DNA of 61,040 nucleotides from Porphyromonadaceae bacterium UBA4259 (lineage in GTDB: Bacteria; Bacteroidota; Bacteroidia; Bacteroidales; Muribaculaceae), in assembly GCA_002396125.1 (NCBI GenBank), contig DGWL01000077.1:1-61040 (forward strand). The letters run 5' to 3'. Each line of letters starts with the position of its first letter. Position 1 is the first letter of the stretch. Position numbers and translations under genes: made by a program. The notes beneath the pieces are model-generated. The model did no database searches and was not told the origin of the DNA. It saw only the letters and a program-made list of their open reading frames with translations. Below are positions 38,886 to 51,600 of this stretch, piece by piece.

Positions 38886-39839
38886 ATGATGATGAAAAGC
38901 AGAGTAACCAATCTCTTTGGAATGGAATATCCCATCATTGCCGGTGGCATGGTGTGGTGCAGTGGCTGGCGACTGGCTGCAGCGGTGAGTAATGCGGGAG
39001 GCCTGGGACTGATAGGTGCCGGGTCGATGACGCCCCAGGTGCTGCAAGAGCACATCGTCAAGTGCAAGGCGGCCACAAGCAAGCCTTTTGGTGTGAACGT
39101 GCCACTCATGAAGCCGGGCAGCGCCGAGATGATGGAGGTGATAGCGCAAGAGCGCGTGCCGGTGGTCTTTACCAGTGCAGGCAGCCCCAAGAAGTGGACG
39201 GCATGGCTGCACGAGCGTGGCATCAAGGTTGCCCATGTGGTGGCCTCATCGGCTTTCGCGCGCAAGTGTGAGGACGCCGGAGTCGACGCGGTGGTGGCCG
39301 AGGGTTTTGAGGCCGGCGGTCACAACGGCAAGGAGGAGACAACCACAATGTGCCTGATTCCTGCCGCCCGCCGTGCCACATCGTTGCCGCTCATTGCGGC
39401 CGGTGGCATCATGAGCGGCGACGCGATACTTGCGGCGCAGGTGCTGGGAGCCGAGGGCGTGCAACTGGGCACTATCTTTGCACTCACTCAGGAGAGCGGC
39501 GCTCACGAGGCTTTCAAGCGCCGTTGTCTCGACCTGAACGAGGGCGACACCAGGCTGTTGCTGCGCAAGCTCTCGCCCACGCGCCTGGTGAAGGGCGGTT
39601 TCTATGATGCCATTGAGCAAGCCGAGAACCGTGGCGCAACCGGCGAGGAGTTGCTCGAGATAATTGGCACCGGCATGACCCGGGTGGGAATCTTCGACGG
39701 CGACATTGCCAATGGAGAGCTCGAGATAGGGCAAGGCGCGTCGCTGCTCAAGGGGCGCGACATCGAGCCTGTGGCCGTGGTTATGCAGCGCCTCGTGGAC
39801 GAGTACCGCGCTGCGCGTCGGGCTCTGGATGCTCTTTAA
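38886..39839 (+). CDS. Nitronate monooxygenase/FabK-like FMN oxidoreductase
   Basis: PIIAGGM, VSNAGGLG, PFGVN, AEGFEAGGH, IAAGGI. Confidence 0.88.
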   Translation: MMMKSRVTNLFGMEYPIIAGGMVWCSGWRLAAAVSNAGGLGLIGAGSMTPQVLQEHIVKCKAATSKPFGVNVPLMKPGSAEMMEVIAQERVPVVFTSAGSPKKWTAWLHERGIKVAHVVASSAFARKCEDAGVDAVVAEGFEAGGHNGKEETTTMCLIPAARRATSLPLIAAGGIMSGDAILAAQVLGAEGVQLGTIFALTQESGAHEAFKRRCLDLNEGDTRLLLRKLSPTRLVKGGFYDAIEQAENRGATGEELLEIIGTGMTRVGIFDGDIANGELEIGQGASLLKGRDIEPVAVVMQRLVDEYRAARRALDAL

Positions 39840-39921
39840 TACATTCTCTGCAACGTTGATTTGTCTTTTTTGTTAAGGACAATTGCGAGGAAACAAGTCG
39901 AAGACTTGGAGATAATATGTG

Positions 39922-39966
39922 AAAAATGCCACCGGGCTAGTCGAAGTCTAGCCCGGTGGCATTTTT
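39922..39966. terminator. Bidirectional intrinsic terminator
   Basis: Perfect 19-bp arms aaaaatgccaccgggctag / ctagcccggtggcattttt between convergent genes. Confidence 0.85.
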
Positions 39967-39976
39967 TAGATTGATT

Positions 39977-40867
39977 TCATTGTGTCGCATTGTGCTGGCG
40001 TGCCGCCTTTTTTATCTTGTTTTTGTCGTCAACGGCGGGCCAGCGGTCGCGGCTCAGCGGAATAGTGTAGTAGGCCGAGATGCCAAATGCCCACTTGCTC
40101 CCCCGTGTGCCAAAGCCGGGAATGTACCACGGCTTGCCGTTATCACTTTTCTTGTAGCTGAACAAGTTGTGAAACTTTGCTTCCCATCCCAGCGACCAGT
40201 TGCCGGCAATGCCCACCTTGAGTCCCAACAGCAATTCGCCCCACAGGGCATGTGAGCCTATGTTGCGCAAGTCGTAGGAGTAGTTGCCCTCACCCCAGTA
40301 GCTGTTGTTCACGCTTACGTCGGTGATGCTGTACTTGAAGGTGCTCAGTCCCAGTCTCACTCCGGCATAGAGTTGATAGCGTGGCTCCTTCTTGAAGAGG
40401 AAATTGTAATTGGCTCCCAGCTTGAGGTAGGGTGAGAGACGGCCGGTGTAGGTAAAATTCATGTCGTCGGAGGTGTCCTTGGCTCGTCCCAGTCCCACGA
40501 CGAGCACCGGTTGCAGGCGGTTCCACATGTTGAGCGTGGCGCTAATGTCGAATGATGAGTATTTTTGCCCAAAGGCCATGAGCAGGGCGTCGCTGAAGTT
40601 GAGTCCCAGTCCAAGCTCGGTGAGGGTGGGGTAGTGGGGATAGATTCTTGCCAGCGAGTCCTTGATTTCCTGCGCCCTGGCTTGTGTTGAGTCGCCCGAG
40701 AGATATTGCTCGATAACTTTCTCGTCGGTGCCCTTGGGCGGCGTGAGCACCTTGTTGGTGCTGGGTTTAACGGGTGTCACCTTGCGCTGTGGCTCCTGAG
40801 CCTGGGCTGTGTTGATCAAAACTGCTGCCACGATGCACATCACCATATAAATCTTGCTTCTCATCAT
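39977..40867 (-). CDS. Outer-membrane barrel-like protein (DUF6048-like)
   Basis: Signal peptide, amphipathic strands, PWYIPGFG; gene order recalled from Bacteroidales. Confidence 0.65.
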   Translation of the reverse strand: MMRSKIYMVMCIVAAVLINTAQAQEPQRKVTPVKPSTNKVLTPPKGTDEKVIEQYLSGDSTQARAQEIKDSLARIYPHYPTLTELGLGLNFSDALLMAFGQKYSSFDISATLNMWNRLQPVLVVGLGRAKDTSDDMNFTYTGRLSPYLKLGANYNFLFKKEPRYQLYAGVRLGLSTFKYSITDVSVNNSYWGEGNYSYDLRNIGSHALWGELLLGLKVGIAGNWSLGWEAKFHNLFSYKKSDNGKPWYIPGFGTRGSKWAFGISAYYTIPLSRDRWPAVDDKNKIKKAARQHNATQ

Positions 40868-41337
40868 TGCATGTAGATTTTAATCGATGCCACGTCGTCG
40901 TTGTTAATCAATGTGCGGGTGATAGCAATGGAGTCGATTGCATTGAGCGTGTACTCAATGCCGGTGATTCTGAAGTTGAACATTGCTCCGCACTCATGCG
41001 ATTCAAAGTAGGGAATCGCGTCATATTCCAGCTTGATGGTGTCGGCCTCTAGGCCCTCGGTGTTATAATCGAGCACATAGCAGCAATTCCCGGTGCTGAT
41101 GTGCAACGGCATATACACGCTCGAGGCGCTTGCTTCATCGAGAATCAGGCTGTCGCCGGGCGCGCCGATTCCGTAGACGGTGAGATTGTTGATGATGACA
41201 GAGCTGCCGTCTTGATAGAACTCGGCCAGCGGAATAGCGTTGCTGTTGCCTGGGCAGTTGCCGTTGTTGCACGACGTTGCCAGGCCTGCCAATGCCGATA
41301 GCGCGATGAGGACAACTTGTTTAGTTTTCTTTTTCAT
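40864..41337 (-). CDS. Lipoprotein (DUF6452-like)
   Basis: Lipobox ATSC; PYFESHECG. Confidence 0.65.
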   Translation of the reverse strand: MKKKTKQVVLIALSALAGLATSCNNGNCPGNSNAIPLAEFYQDGSSVIINNLTVYGIGAPGDSLILDEASASSVYMPLHISTGNCCYVLDYNTEGLEADTIKLEYDAIPYFESHECGAMFNFRITGIEYTLNAIDSIAITRTLINNDDVASIKIYMQ

Positions 41338-41370
41338 GTGGGGTTACCTTGATGGGAGGAGAGAAGCGCG

Positions 41371-42324
41371 TTATTTAATCTCGGCCGAAATTTCATAGTG
41401 GTTGCGCCCGGCCGAGTTGCGCGCGATGAGTTCTCCCAGGAAGCCGGTGAGGAAGAGTTGAGTGCCCAGAATCATGCAGGTGAGTGCCAGGTAGAAGTAG
41501 GGCGAATCGGTCACCAGGATGTAATGGTTGCCGGCATGCATATTGTAGAGCTTCACGGAGCCCACAACAATCACGGCGATGAGGCCAATGAAGAACATCA
41601 AGCTGCCTAGCAGACCAAAGAAATGCATGGGCTTGACTCCAAACTTGGACTGGAACCACAGTGTCATCAGGTCGAGATAGCCGTTGACAAAGCGATCGAG
41701 GCCGAACTTTGACTTTCCATACTTGCGTGCCTGGTGGTGAACCACTTTCTCGCCAATCTTGTCGAAGCCGGCATTCTTGGCAAGATAGGGGATGTAGCGG
41801 TGCATGTCGCCATACACCTCGATGTGCTTTACCACGTCGCGGCGATAGGCCTTGAGACCGCAGTTGAAATCGTGCAGGTTCTTGATGCCGCTCACCTTGC
41901 GTGCTGTGGCATTGAAAAGCTTGGTGGGGATGGTTTTCGACAGCGGGTCATATCGCTTCTGCTTCCATCCGCTCACCAGGTCGTAGCCGTCTTCCTTAAT
42001 CATGCGGTAAAGCTCGGGAATCTCATCGGGGGAGTCTTGCAGGTCGGCATCCATGGTTATCACCACGTCGCCCTGCACCCGCTCAAAGCCGGTGTAGAGA
42101 GCCGGCGACTTGCCGTAGTTGCGGCGAAAGCACACGCCCTTGATGCATGGGTTGTCGGCGCTCAGCTGCTTGATTACCTGCCATGAGTCGTCGGTGCTGC
42201 CGTCGTTAATCATCAGCACCTCGTAGGTGAAGCCATGCTCGTTCATCACCCGTTGTATCCATGCCGCCAGCTCGGGCAGCGACTCGGCTTCGTTGAATAG
42301 TGGTACTACTACCGAAATGTCCAT
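41371..42324 (-). CDS. GT2 polyprenol-phosphate glycosyltransferase (ArnC/GtrB-like)
   Basis: VVPLFNE, NDGSTD, MDADLQD, two C-terminal TM helices. Confidence 0.92.
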   Translation of the reverse strand: MDISVVVPLFNEAESLPELAAWIQRVMNEHGFTYEVLMINDGSTDDSWQVIKQLSADNPCIKGVCFRRNYGKSPALYTGFERVQGDVVITMDADLQDSPDEIPELYRMIKEDGYDLVSGWKQKRYDPLSKTIPTKLFNATARKVSGIKNLHDFNCGLKAYRRDVVKHIEVYGDMHRYIPYLAKNAGFDKIGEKVVHHQARKYGKSKFGLDRFVNGYLDLMTLWFQSKFGVKPMHFFGLLGSLMFFIGLIAVIVVGSVKLYNMHAGNHYILVTDSPYFYLALTCMILGTQLFLTGFLGELIARNSAGRNHYEISAEIK

Positions 42325-42366
42325 ATTGTTGATTGTGTGTGTTATTGTTGGTCAATAATAATTCTT

Positions 42367-42921
42367 TTAATTCTCTTGCTCTCGGGTGGCGTTGCCGCTC
42401 TTGATGGGCACTTTGCCGGCGATGAGCGCGGTGATGGCGCCGCCCACGCATCCCAGGCTGGCAGTGAGCCAAAACATCTGCATGCAGTAGTCGATGGGGC
42501 TGGGAAGAAGGTTATTCTTTATCATCTTTTCAAAGACATTCACCACTTCCAGTCCTTGCCCTTGTGGAAGCTGCTTGTAGGTGTCGACAATCATCTGTGC
42601 CTGCTCGTAGAGAAAATCGGGGCGGAAGTAGGTGATAATGCCATAGGTGACCAGGGCGCATATTAACGCGCCGCCAATGGTGGTGAAGATGGCAAGTGTC
42701 CACAGCTCGCTGAATGTGGCAAAGCCATTGCTTGCCACGTAGTGCCTGCGTTGCAGCCAGTAGAGCATCACGGGTGCGGCGATGATTACTATCAACGTGA
42801 GCATTGAGAGCAGAGGCACCTTGTCGCCAAATGTCATCGCTATCGAAGCCACCGTGAGCACTGCGCCAAAGGGCACTCCCAGCTCGGCGCTCCTGATGAA
42901 AATATTTTTAGGTTGCTCCAT
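42367..42921 (-). CDS. DUF4199-like membrane protein
   Basis: Four TM helices; lies upstream of the GT2. Confidence 0.65.
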   Translation of the reverse strand: MEQPKNIFIRSAELGVPFGAVLTVASIAMTFGDKVPLLSMLTLIVIIAAPVMLYWLQRRHYVASNGFATFSELWTLAIFTTIGGALICALVTYGIITYFRPDFLYEQAQMIVDTYKQLPQGQGLEVVNVFEKMIKNNLLPSPIDYCMQMFWLTASLGCVGGAITALIAGKVPIKSGNATREQEN

Positions 42922-43036
42922 CTTTTCTTTTGAAAACGTTAGTTGTTTTATTTTCCAAACTGCAAAGATAATGAATAGTTTTCAGTTATCGGTTATTGGC
43001 ACATAGTTTTTTTAGTAAACCGGTAAACTTGCTCAT

Positions 43037-45136
<2,100 letters not shown>

Positions 45137-45225
45137 TTAATATAAGTGATGGTGGGGTAATAGTTTTAACTCGCGCTTTTTGTGACTGTAAAATTAGATA
45201 ATAATTGTGACGTGGCAAAGAAAAA

Positions 45226-45265
45226 AAGTCACTTTTTACCTTCTTCAAGGGGTAAAAGGTGACTT
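45226..45265 (-). terminator. Terminator after the YARHG gene
   Basis: aagtcactttttacc / ggtaaaaggtgactt stem with an A-run on the left. Confidence 0.7.
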
Positions 45266-45289
45266 ATTCTCGGGGCTGGGACCGTGGGC

Positions 45290-46429
45290 TTACTTTTTGC
45301 CGGCCATCACTTGCTTGATGAGAGCTATGTTGAAGCGCTCGACATCGGTGAGAGCAACAGCCTTGCCGCTTTTTTTGTACCACGGCTGCTGATTGAAATA
45401 CTGCTGGTTGGCGGTACTCTTGAACGAGTCGCCATGGCGTGCATAAATCTCGGCGCGCATGAGCTCGAGCACATCAGCGGGGAAAAGCATGAGCAGTTCG
45501 TGGGTGAGTGGCATCACCGAGGCAAATGCCCACTTGCCGTGGATTCCGGGCCATGGGCACTGAAGCTTGGTGAGCACATTGACTGCATCGCTTTTAAGGC
45601 GTGGTGAGTGGTCGACGAAGGGTTCGTCTCTAGTGACTGTCGCCTCAAGTCCCTGCCGCGACAGTCGCAGTTGCCACTCCATTGGGCCCATGATGGCACC
45701 GGCACCGCCACCGCCGGGCATCTTGTCATATTTCGGGCTGCTGGGATCGCCATGGCTCACGCGTCCGTCACCATACTCGATGTCGATGGCCGAACGGTCG
45801 GGGTGAAGATAATAGACGAAGAGCCCTGGGTCGCGGTCATATTTATCGCCTGTGTAGAAGTCGAGGCGTTCACCCAGCACGGCGTTGTGGCCGTCGGTTG
45901 TGGCATAGTTGCCGGCAAGCACGTGGTAGACCGGGAGGCTCCACAGCCCGTTGGCCCGCTGGTCGAGGGTGATGCTGTAGTAGGCTCGCACCGGCGTTCC
46001 CGCGGCGTTGCGGTAAACCAGCATCGTGTAGGCTCCCAGTTGCTCAACTGTTACTTTGAGCATGGGCTTTTCAACGGTTGTGGCGTTGGAGCCTTTCAGC
46101 TTGATGAAGTGTGGCTTTACCATGGCTGCGGTGGACTGGCTGTCGTCTTCATAGAAAAACTCAATGAGATGGGTGTCGAGGTCCTCAATGGTGCCAACGA
46201 TAAATCGGCCATCGGTCCAGTAGTGCGCATTCTCACCGGTCAAGTAGTCCTTTAGCGGCAATTTCCTGCTCTTGTCGAGGCGGTGTGCAACGTCGAGAGC
46301 TTGTTGCTTGTGCAGTGCCGATTGCAACTGGTCGGGGGTGACATTGTAATTGTATTGTTTTTCCCGGGCATTTAGTGCCAGTGTCATTACTGCCATAGCA
46401 AAAAACATTAATAAGATTCTTGATTTCAT
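45290..46429 (-). CDS. Exported YARHG-domain protein
   Basis: Signal peptide; C-terminal MRAEIYARHGDSF...YFNQQPWY. Confidence 0.85.
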   Translation of the reverse strand: MKSRILLMFFAMAVMTLALNAREKQYNYNVTPDQLQSALHKQQALDVAHRLDKSRKLPLKDYLTGENAHYWTDGRFIVGTIEDLDTHLIEFFYEDDSQSTAAMVKPHFIKLKGSNATTVEKPMLKVTVEQLGAYTMLVYRNAAGTPVRAYYSITLDQRANGLWSLPVYHVLAGNYATTDGHNAVLGERLDFYTGDKYDRDPGLFVYYLHPDRSAIDIEYGDGRVSHGDPSSPKYDKMPGGGGAGAIMGPMEWQLRLSRQGLEATVTRDEPFVDHSPRLKSDAVNVLTKLQCPWPGIHGKWAFASVMPLTHELLMLFPADVLELMRAEIYARHGDSFKSTANQQYFNQQPWYKKSGKAVALTDVERFNIALIKQVMAGKK

Positions 46430-46621
46430 AATTATTTTTCAAAGGGGGGTTGAAGTTACTGTGCAAATTTAATTATTATTCTTGAAATGTAATGATTTTA
46501 AACAAGAAAATGTTAACTGTTTTTTGTGTTTTGAATTGCTTGTAGTATCTTTGTGTGCTCAAAAGATGGATTTATTTCTTTCTTTGTGAGATTATAAAAA
46601 ACGAAGATTAACACTTGACAC

Positions 46622-47494
46622 ATGATTGACAAGAACAGGATAAAACGATGGCTGCAATGGGCCGCATGGGTGGTTGTGCCGGCCTTGTTGCTCACTGTCT
46701 ACATTAATAAAGGTGGTGATGAGCAGGAGCCGGCTGAAGAAGCCGAGAGAGCACAGGTGCTCAATAGCGATGAGGTGTTGCCAGCCACTGCCACTACCAC
46801 TACCGACGGTAACTATGAGAGTGTGCTGTTCCCGCGTGGATTGAGCAACACCGTGGTGCGATACAAGGGGTTTACGGCTCACTTCAACAAGCAACTGCAC
46901 ATTCCCAACTGCGTGGTCTATGAGATTACGGCGCAAGAGGCACGAGGAAAACGGGAGCGCAGCGGTAACTTCGAGCGCGACGAGAAGGTGCCGGGATGTC
47001 CCAACTGGTGGGACTACCGCGACTCGGGCTACGATCGTGGTCACATGGCTCCTGCCTGCGACATGAAATGGAATGAACAGGCTATGAATGAAACATTCTT
47101 CCTCACCAACATCTGTCCGCAGGACAATGCGCTTAACGCAGGCTTATGGAATGACCTGGAGTTGAAGATTCGTGAGTGGGCGCGCCGCGACAAGTCGCTT
47201 GTTGTGGTCACCGGGCCAATTGTGGGTAACAGTCCCAAGACTATTGGCCAGGATTTGGATATTGCCGTTCCCGAAGCTTTCTTCAAGGTGATTCTCGCGC
47301 CTAAAACCTCGCCCATGAAGGCGATTGGTTTCATTTGCCCCAATCGTGCCTGCGGAGGCTCGCTCAAGAGCTATGCCGTGAGTGTCGACGAGGTGGAGGA
47401 ACGCACAGGCATGAACTTTTTCAATGCCCTGCCCGACGATGTAGAGAACCGCATCGAGGCCTCAAGCAACCTTTACCAGTGGCTTAATCCTTAG
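46622..47494 (+). CDS. DNA/RNA non-specific endonuclease (paralog 1, membrane-anchored)
   Basis: YDRGHMAPA, TNICPQ, LNAGLWNDLE; N-terminal TM helix. Confidence 0.93.
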   Translation: MIDKNRIKRWLQWAAWVVVPALLLTVYINKGGDEQEPAEEAERAQVLNSDEVLPATATTTTDGNYESVLFPRGLSNTVVRYKGFTAHFNKQLHIPNCVVYEITAQEARGKRERSGNFERDEKVPGCPNWWDYRDSGYDRGHMAPACDMKWNEQAMNETFFLTNICPQDNALNAGLWNDLELKIREWARRDKSLVVVTGPIVGNSPKTIGQDLDIAVPEAFFKVILAPKTSPMKAIGFICPNRACGGSLKSYAVSVDEVEERTGMNFFNALPDDVENRIEASSNLYQWLNP

Positions 47495-47507
47495 AGGCCA
47501 CACTTTT

Positions 47508-47523
47508 TGGCATGAGATTTGCA
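47508..47523 (+). promoter_or_regulatory. Sigma-54 (-24/-12) promoter
   Basis: TGGCATG-AGAT-TTGCA, one mismatch from consensus, 50 nt upstream of the ATG at 47573. Confidence 0.7.
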
Positions 47524-47572
47524 CTTCACCGGTAAACTTGTTATTTCGTTTTCTTTAAAAATTGTCTAGATT

Positions 47573-48469
47573 ATGAAGATTAGGTTTGACAAATTCAGCG
47601 TGGGGTGCATTATCACAATTGTGGTGGCTTTGCTGGTTTCGGGAGTGGCCGATGCCAAGCGCAAGAAAAACAGGCACAAGAAACTCTCGCTCACCGAGCA
47701 TGTTGTCACGCCTTTTTTTAAGGCTGGCGATTCCGGGCGAGGCAGTGCTAAAGGTCAACAGCAGCTTAATGCCGTGAACTCGGCACTGACCGACGTGCGC
47801 ATCAACTCGCGCTATCGCAACACAACTAAGCGATATGCTGCCATGACGGTGAATTTTAACCCGGCTTGTCGCGTGCCCAACTGCGTGAGCTACATTCTCA
47901 CGGCCGACATGGTGGCTGTTACCAACGGCCCCGGGGCAGAGCATCGTCGCAACTACAAGTTCTATGCCGACCCCTCGGTGAGCGGTTGCCCCGACTGGTT
48001 TGAGTATCGAGGCAGTGGTTACGACCGTGGTCACATGGCTCCTGCCAACGATATGCGCTGGAGTAGGCAGTCGATGAGCGACTGCTTCCTGATGACCAAC
48101 ATCTGCCCGCAGGATCACGATCTCAATGGTGGCAGCTGGAACAAACTTGAACTTAAGGTTCACGACTGGGCAATGAGCCACGGCAAGATTGTTGTGGCAA
48201 CAGGACCGGTGCTTAATGGCGCCAGCCGTCGCATAGGAAAGAACAACGACATTGTGGTGCCGGCGGGCTTTTTCAAGGTTGTGCTTGATCCATCGCGCAA
48301 CTGCGCCATCGGATTTATCTACGACAACCGCGAGGGCGGTGGCGGCGTTCAGCGGCATGCCTGCAGTGTCGACGAAGTGGAACGCGTTACAGGACACGAT
48401 TTCTTCAGTTCCCTGCCCGACAATGTTGTGCGGCAAGTTGAAGCCAATTTCAACTACAATCAATGGTAA
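47573..48469 (+). CDS. DNA/RNA non-specific endonuclease (paralog 2, signal peptide)
   Basis: YDRGHMAPA, TNICPQ, LNGGSWNKLE. Confidence 0.93.
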   Translation: MKIRFDKFSVGCIITIVVALLVSGVADAKRKKNRHKKLSLTEHVVTPFFKAGDSGRGSAKGQQQLNAVNSALTDVRINSRYRNTTKRYAAMTVNFNPACRVPNCVSYILTADMVAVTNGPGAEHRRNYKFYADPSVSGCPDWFEYRGSGYDRGHMAPANDMRWSRQSMSDCFLMTNICPQDHDLNGGSWNKLELKVHDWAMSHGKIVVATGPVLNGASRRIGKNNDIVVPAGFFKVVLDPSRNCAIGFIYDNREGGGGVQRHACSVDEVERVTGHDFFSSLPDNVVRQVEANFNYNQW

Positions 48470-48633
48470 CTTGACTTGGTACTCTAATGTTGTGGGAGTT
48501 ATGTGATGTAATACATCTTGCTCTTTTAAAACTGATTAATGGTGGATAGGTGGAGCGTGAAGATGAATGAGCGTTTTGCACGTCAACTCGTTTACTTGTC
48601 TACTGGTTTACTAAAAAATACTGATAATTCATT

Positions 48634-50010
48634 ATGGACACGATATGTGCGGTCTCCACGCCTCATGGCATGGGTGGAATAGCGGTAATTAGGGTGAGTG
48701 GCGACCAGGCGCTCACCATTGTCGGGCAGCGATGGCAGGGGTTGGCTTTGCACAAGTTGAAGAGCCACACTGCCCACTTGGGGCGCATTGTTGATTCTCA
48801 TGGAGAGATGCTCGACGAGGTGGTGCTCACCGTGTTTCGTGCCCCCAATTCTTTCACAGGCGAAGACGTGGTGGAAATATCATGCCACGGCTCAATGTGG
48901 ATTCAGCAACAACTCGTTACCACTCTCATCGATGCAGGATGCCGTGCGGCTACGGGTGGTGAATTCACGCAGCGGGCATTTGCCAATGGCCGTCTCGACC
49001 TGTCGCAGGCCGAGGCAATCGCCGATGTCATTGCGTCGCAATCGCGGGCTTCGCATCATGTGGCAATGAACCAGATGAGAGGGGCTTTTAGCCGCAAACT
49101 CAGTGCGTTGAGAGCGCAACTGCTGCAGTTTGTGTCGCTCATTGAACTTGAACTTGACTTCAGTGAGGAAGATGTCACCTTTGCCGACCGCGAGCGACTT
49201 GAAAAGCTTGCCACTGGCATTAAAGACGTGATTGACTCGCTGGCGCAATCCTATCGGGCAGGCAATGCTATTAAGAACGGTTTGCCGGTGGCTATTATCG
49301 GTCCTACAAATGCCGGGAAGTCCACTTTGCTCAACGCACTCCTGGGCGACGACCGGGCGCTGGTGAGTGACATCAAGGGAACCACGCGCGATGTTATTGA
49401 AGACACTATCGTGATAGATGGCACACTACTTCGTTTTATCGACACTGCAGGCATTCGCCAGTCGACCGATGCTATCGAGGCTATGGGCATTGAGCGCTCG
49501 TTCAAGAAGATGGACGAGGCACGCATCGTGCTGTGGATGATTGATGCCACAGCCCCAATCGCAGAATTAGAATCTTTCTTCTTGCATGTTAAGGAGCACT
49601 GCGCTGACAAGGCGGTACTAGCCGTTATCAACAAGGTCGATGTCGCGCCTGCGCAAGCTATAGTAAATCGCGTTAAAGCTCTTGCCCCCACAGTCACAAT
49701 TGTTGAAATATCGGCGCGAGAAGGAATGGGAGTTGACAAACTCAAGAGCGAAATTATTGCTGCGGCGGCACTGCCGCAAGTCAACGATGAAAACGCGGTA
49801 ATTGTCACCAATTCGCGCCACTATAATGCTCTTGTGCGTGCCGGTGAAGCTATCGACCGCACCCTGCAGGGACTATCGTCAGGACTAAGCGGCGACCTTG
49901 TGAGCCAAGACATTCGCGAGTGCATGCACTACCTGGGCGAAATCACCGGCGAAATCTCAACCGACGATATCCTAGGCGAAATTTTCAGCCACTTCTGCAT
50001 CGGCAAGTGA
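48634..50010 (+). CDS. mnmE: tRNA modification GTPase MnmE
   Basis: GIAVIRVSG, SFTGED, GPTNAGKS, GTTRD, DTAG, NKVD, terminal FCIGK. Confidence 0.97.
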   Translation: MDTICAVSTPHGMGGIAVIRVSGDQALTIVGQRWQGLALHKLKSHTAHLGRIVDSHGEMLDEVVLTVFRAPNSFTGEDVVEISCHGSMWIQQQLVTTLIDAGCRAATGGEFTQRAFANGRLDLSQAEAIADVIASQSRASHHVAMNQMRGAFSRKLSALRAQLLQFVSLIELELDFSEEDVTFADRERLEKLATGIKDVIDSLAQSYRAGNAIKNGLPVAIIGPTNAGKSTLLNALLGDDRALVSDIKGTTRDVIEDTIVIDGTLLRFIDTAGIRQSTDAIEAMGIERSFKKMDEARIVLWMIDATAPIAELESFFLHVKEHCADKAVLAVINKVDVAPAQAIVNRVKALAPTVTIVEISAREGMGVDKLKSEIIAAAALPQVNDENAVIVTNSRHYNALVRAGEAIDRTLQGLSSGLSGDLVSQDIRECMHYLGEITGEISTDDILGEIFSHFCIGK

Positions 50011-50709
50011 TTATTGATTCAGAAGCCATGCGAAGGCTTGTGCCATGCGCAGGTGAGGGGTAGCAAAGTGGTTGCCCGGGTTCCAATGTAGGGTGGTGTT
50101 GACTCCTTGCTGCTGAAGTGCCTGGTGCTGACGGTTGATGCAGTGGCCCACCTGCGCCATGATGGGATTGCGGGTATGTTCTTCCTTGTCGCCTAAGCTG
50201 AGGTAGATGTTTTGACACAAAGGTTTTTTGTCATTGATAAAGGCAATCCAGCCAGGATACCACACTGAGGGAGAAGCTGCCGCAATGCCATTAAAGACGC
50301 TTGATGTGTAACCCGACCACAAGGCAAATAATCCCGCAAGCGAGTATCCGCCCAAGATGCAATGAGCCGTTGAAATACCTTGTTCTTGGAGTGCGGGTAA
50401 CAGATGTGTTATAATGTAGTCGAGCGTGGATGCCGCCTTGTCGCCAAATGGCTTTTTGCCGAAAACCGGTGGTGCTTGCCAAGGTGTGAGTTCGCTGTTC
50501 CAGTCGTTGATTTTGAATGCTGCCAGCGTGAATGGCATTGGAGTCAATCGAGCTATTTCTCCAACCTCATTGTTTAGCAAGTTCTGGTCGTGGTCATCAA
50601 CTGGCTGGATGAGCACATGCCGAGCTTTGTCAGCACGGTAAATGTGGCTCTCCCTTCCAGCAATGGTGCTTGTTGTGAGTCTAAAAGCTCCTGAAGATAA
50701 TTCATTCAT
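50011..50709 (-). CDS. Alpha/beta hydrolase (esterase)
   Basis: GGYSLAG nucleophile elbow; GNHF. Confidence 0.85.
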   Translation of the reverse strand: MNELSSGAFRLTTSTIAGRESHIYRADKARHVLIQPVDDHDQNLLNNEVGEIARLTPMPFTLAAFKINDWNSELTPWQAPPVFGKKPFGDKAASTLDYIITHLLPALQEQGISTAHCILGGYSLAGLFALWSGYTSSVFNGIAAASPSVWYPGWIAFINDKKPLCQNIYLSLGDKEEHTRNPIMAQVGHCINRQHQALQQQGVNTTLHWNPGNHFATPHLRMAQAFAWLLNQ

Positions 50710-50972
50710 AGCTCAATCAATGAAAAACTATTTCTTTTAGGTGGGAAATGAGAGCACAAAGATAGTTGTTTTTTCCATTTTTTTCTCATCTGCGTTCACA
50801 ATTATTTGTGTGGTTGGAATAACCGGTTACCCAAATTTCGGAAAAAGAACTTTATCATTGTATTGTAGAGCTTTTTTATTAATATGAGCTGTGAATTTCG
50901 AGAATTCTATGTAAATTTGTAGTGTAAAATAACACAGGCTGAGTAATGGGATAATTAAACAATAATTTCTTT

Positions 50973-51545
50973 ATGACAATACAGGAATTTCGAGATTACA
51001 TGGCCAGCGGGCAGCCTGTTGTGGGTGGCTCGCAGGTGCACATGATGTTTCACAAACTCTCGCAAGAGGCGTTGCAGATTACGGCCGAGATTAACGGCAA
51101 GTATCACACACCCGAGCAGTTGCATGCGCTGCTTGAGGAACTGTTTGGCCGTGAGGTGCCTGCAACGGTGGGCCTTTTTCCGCCATTCCACACCGATTGC
51201 GGCAAGAACATCAAGCTTGCCGAGGGTGTTTTCATTAACATGGGTTGCAAGTTTCAGGATCAGGGTGGCATCACAATCGATGAGGGAGCCCTCATTGGTC
51301 ACAACGTGGTGCTTGCCACTATCAATCACGACCTTGCGCCCAGCAGGCGGCAGAGCATGACTTATGCGCCAATTCACATTGGCAAGAACGTGTGGATTGG
51401 TGCCAATGCCACCGTTTTGCCCGGTGTCACCATCGGCGATGGGGCTGTGGTGGCGGCAGGTGCTGTTGTCGCCAAGGATGTGGAACCATGCACCATTGTG
51501 GGTGGCATTCCCGCCAAACTCATCAGGCGCATTGAGGAAGAATAA
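50973..51545 (+). CDS. Sugar O-acetyltransferase (Maa-like hexapeptide repeat)
   Basis: [36 protein letters not shown]. Confidence 0.9.
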   Translation: MTIQEFRDYMASGQPVVGGSQVHMMFHKLSQEALQITAEINGKYHTPEQLHALLEELFGREVPATVGLFPPFHTDCGKNIKLAEGVFINMGCKFQDQGGITIDEGALIGHNVVLATINHDLAPSRRQSMTYAPIHIGKNVWIGANATVLPGVTIGDGAVVAAGAVVAKDVEPCTIVGGIPAKLIRRIEEE

Positions 51546-51600
51546 CACATCTCTTTTTTAGAGGGGCGGTATTGGCCATATAATTGCCCGGAAAATATTT

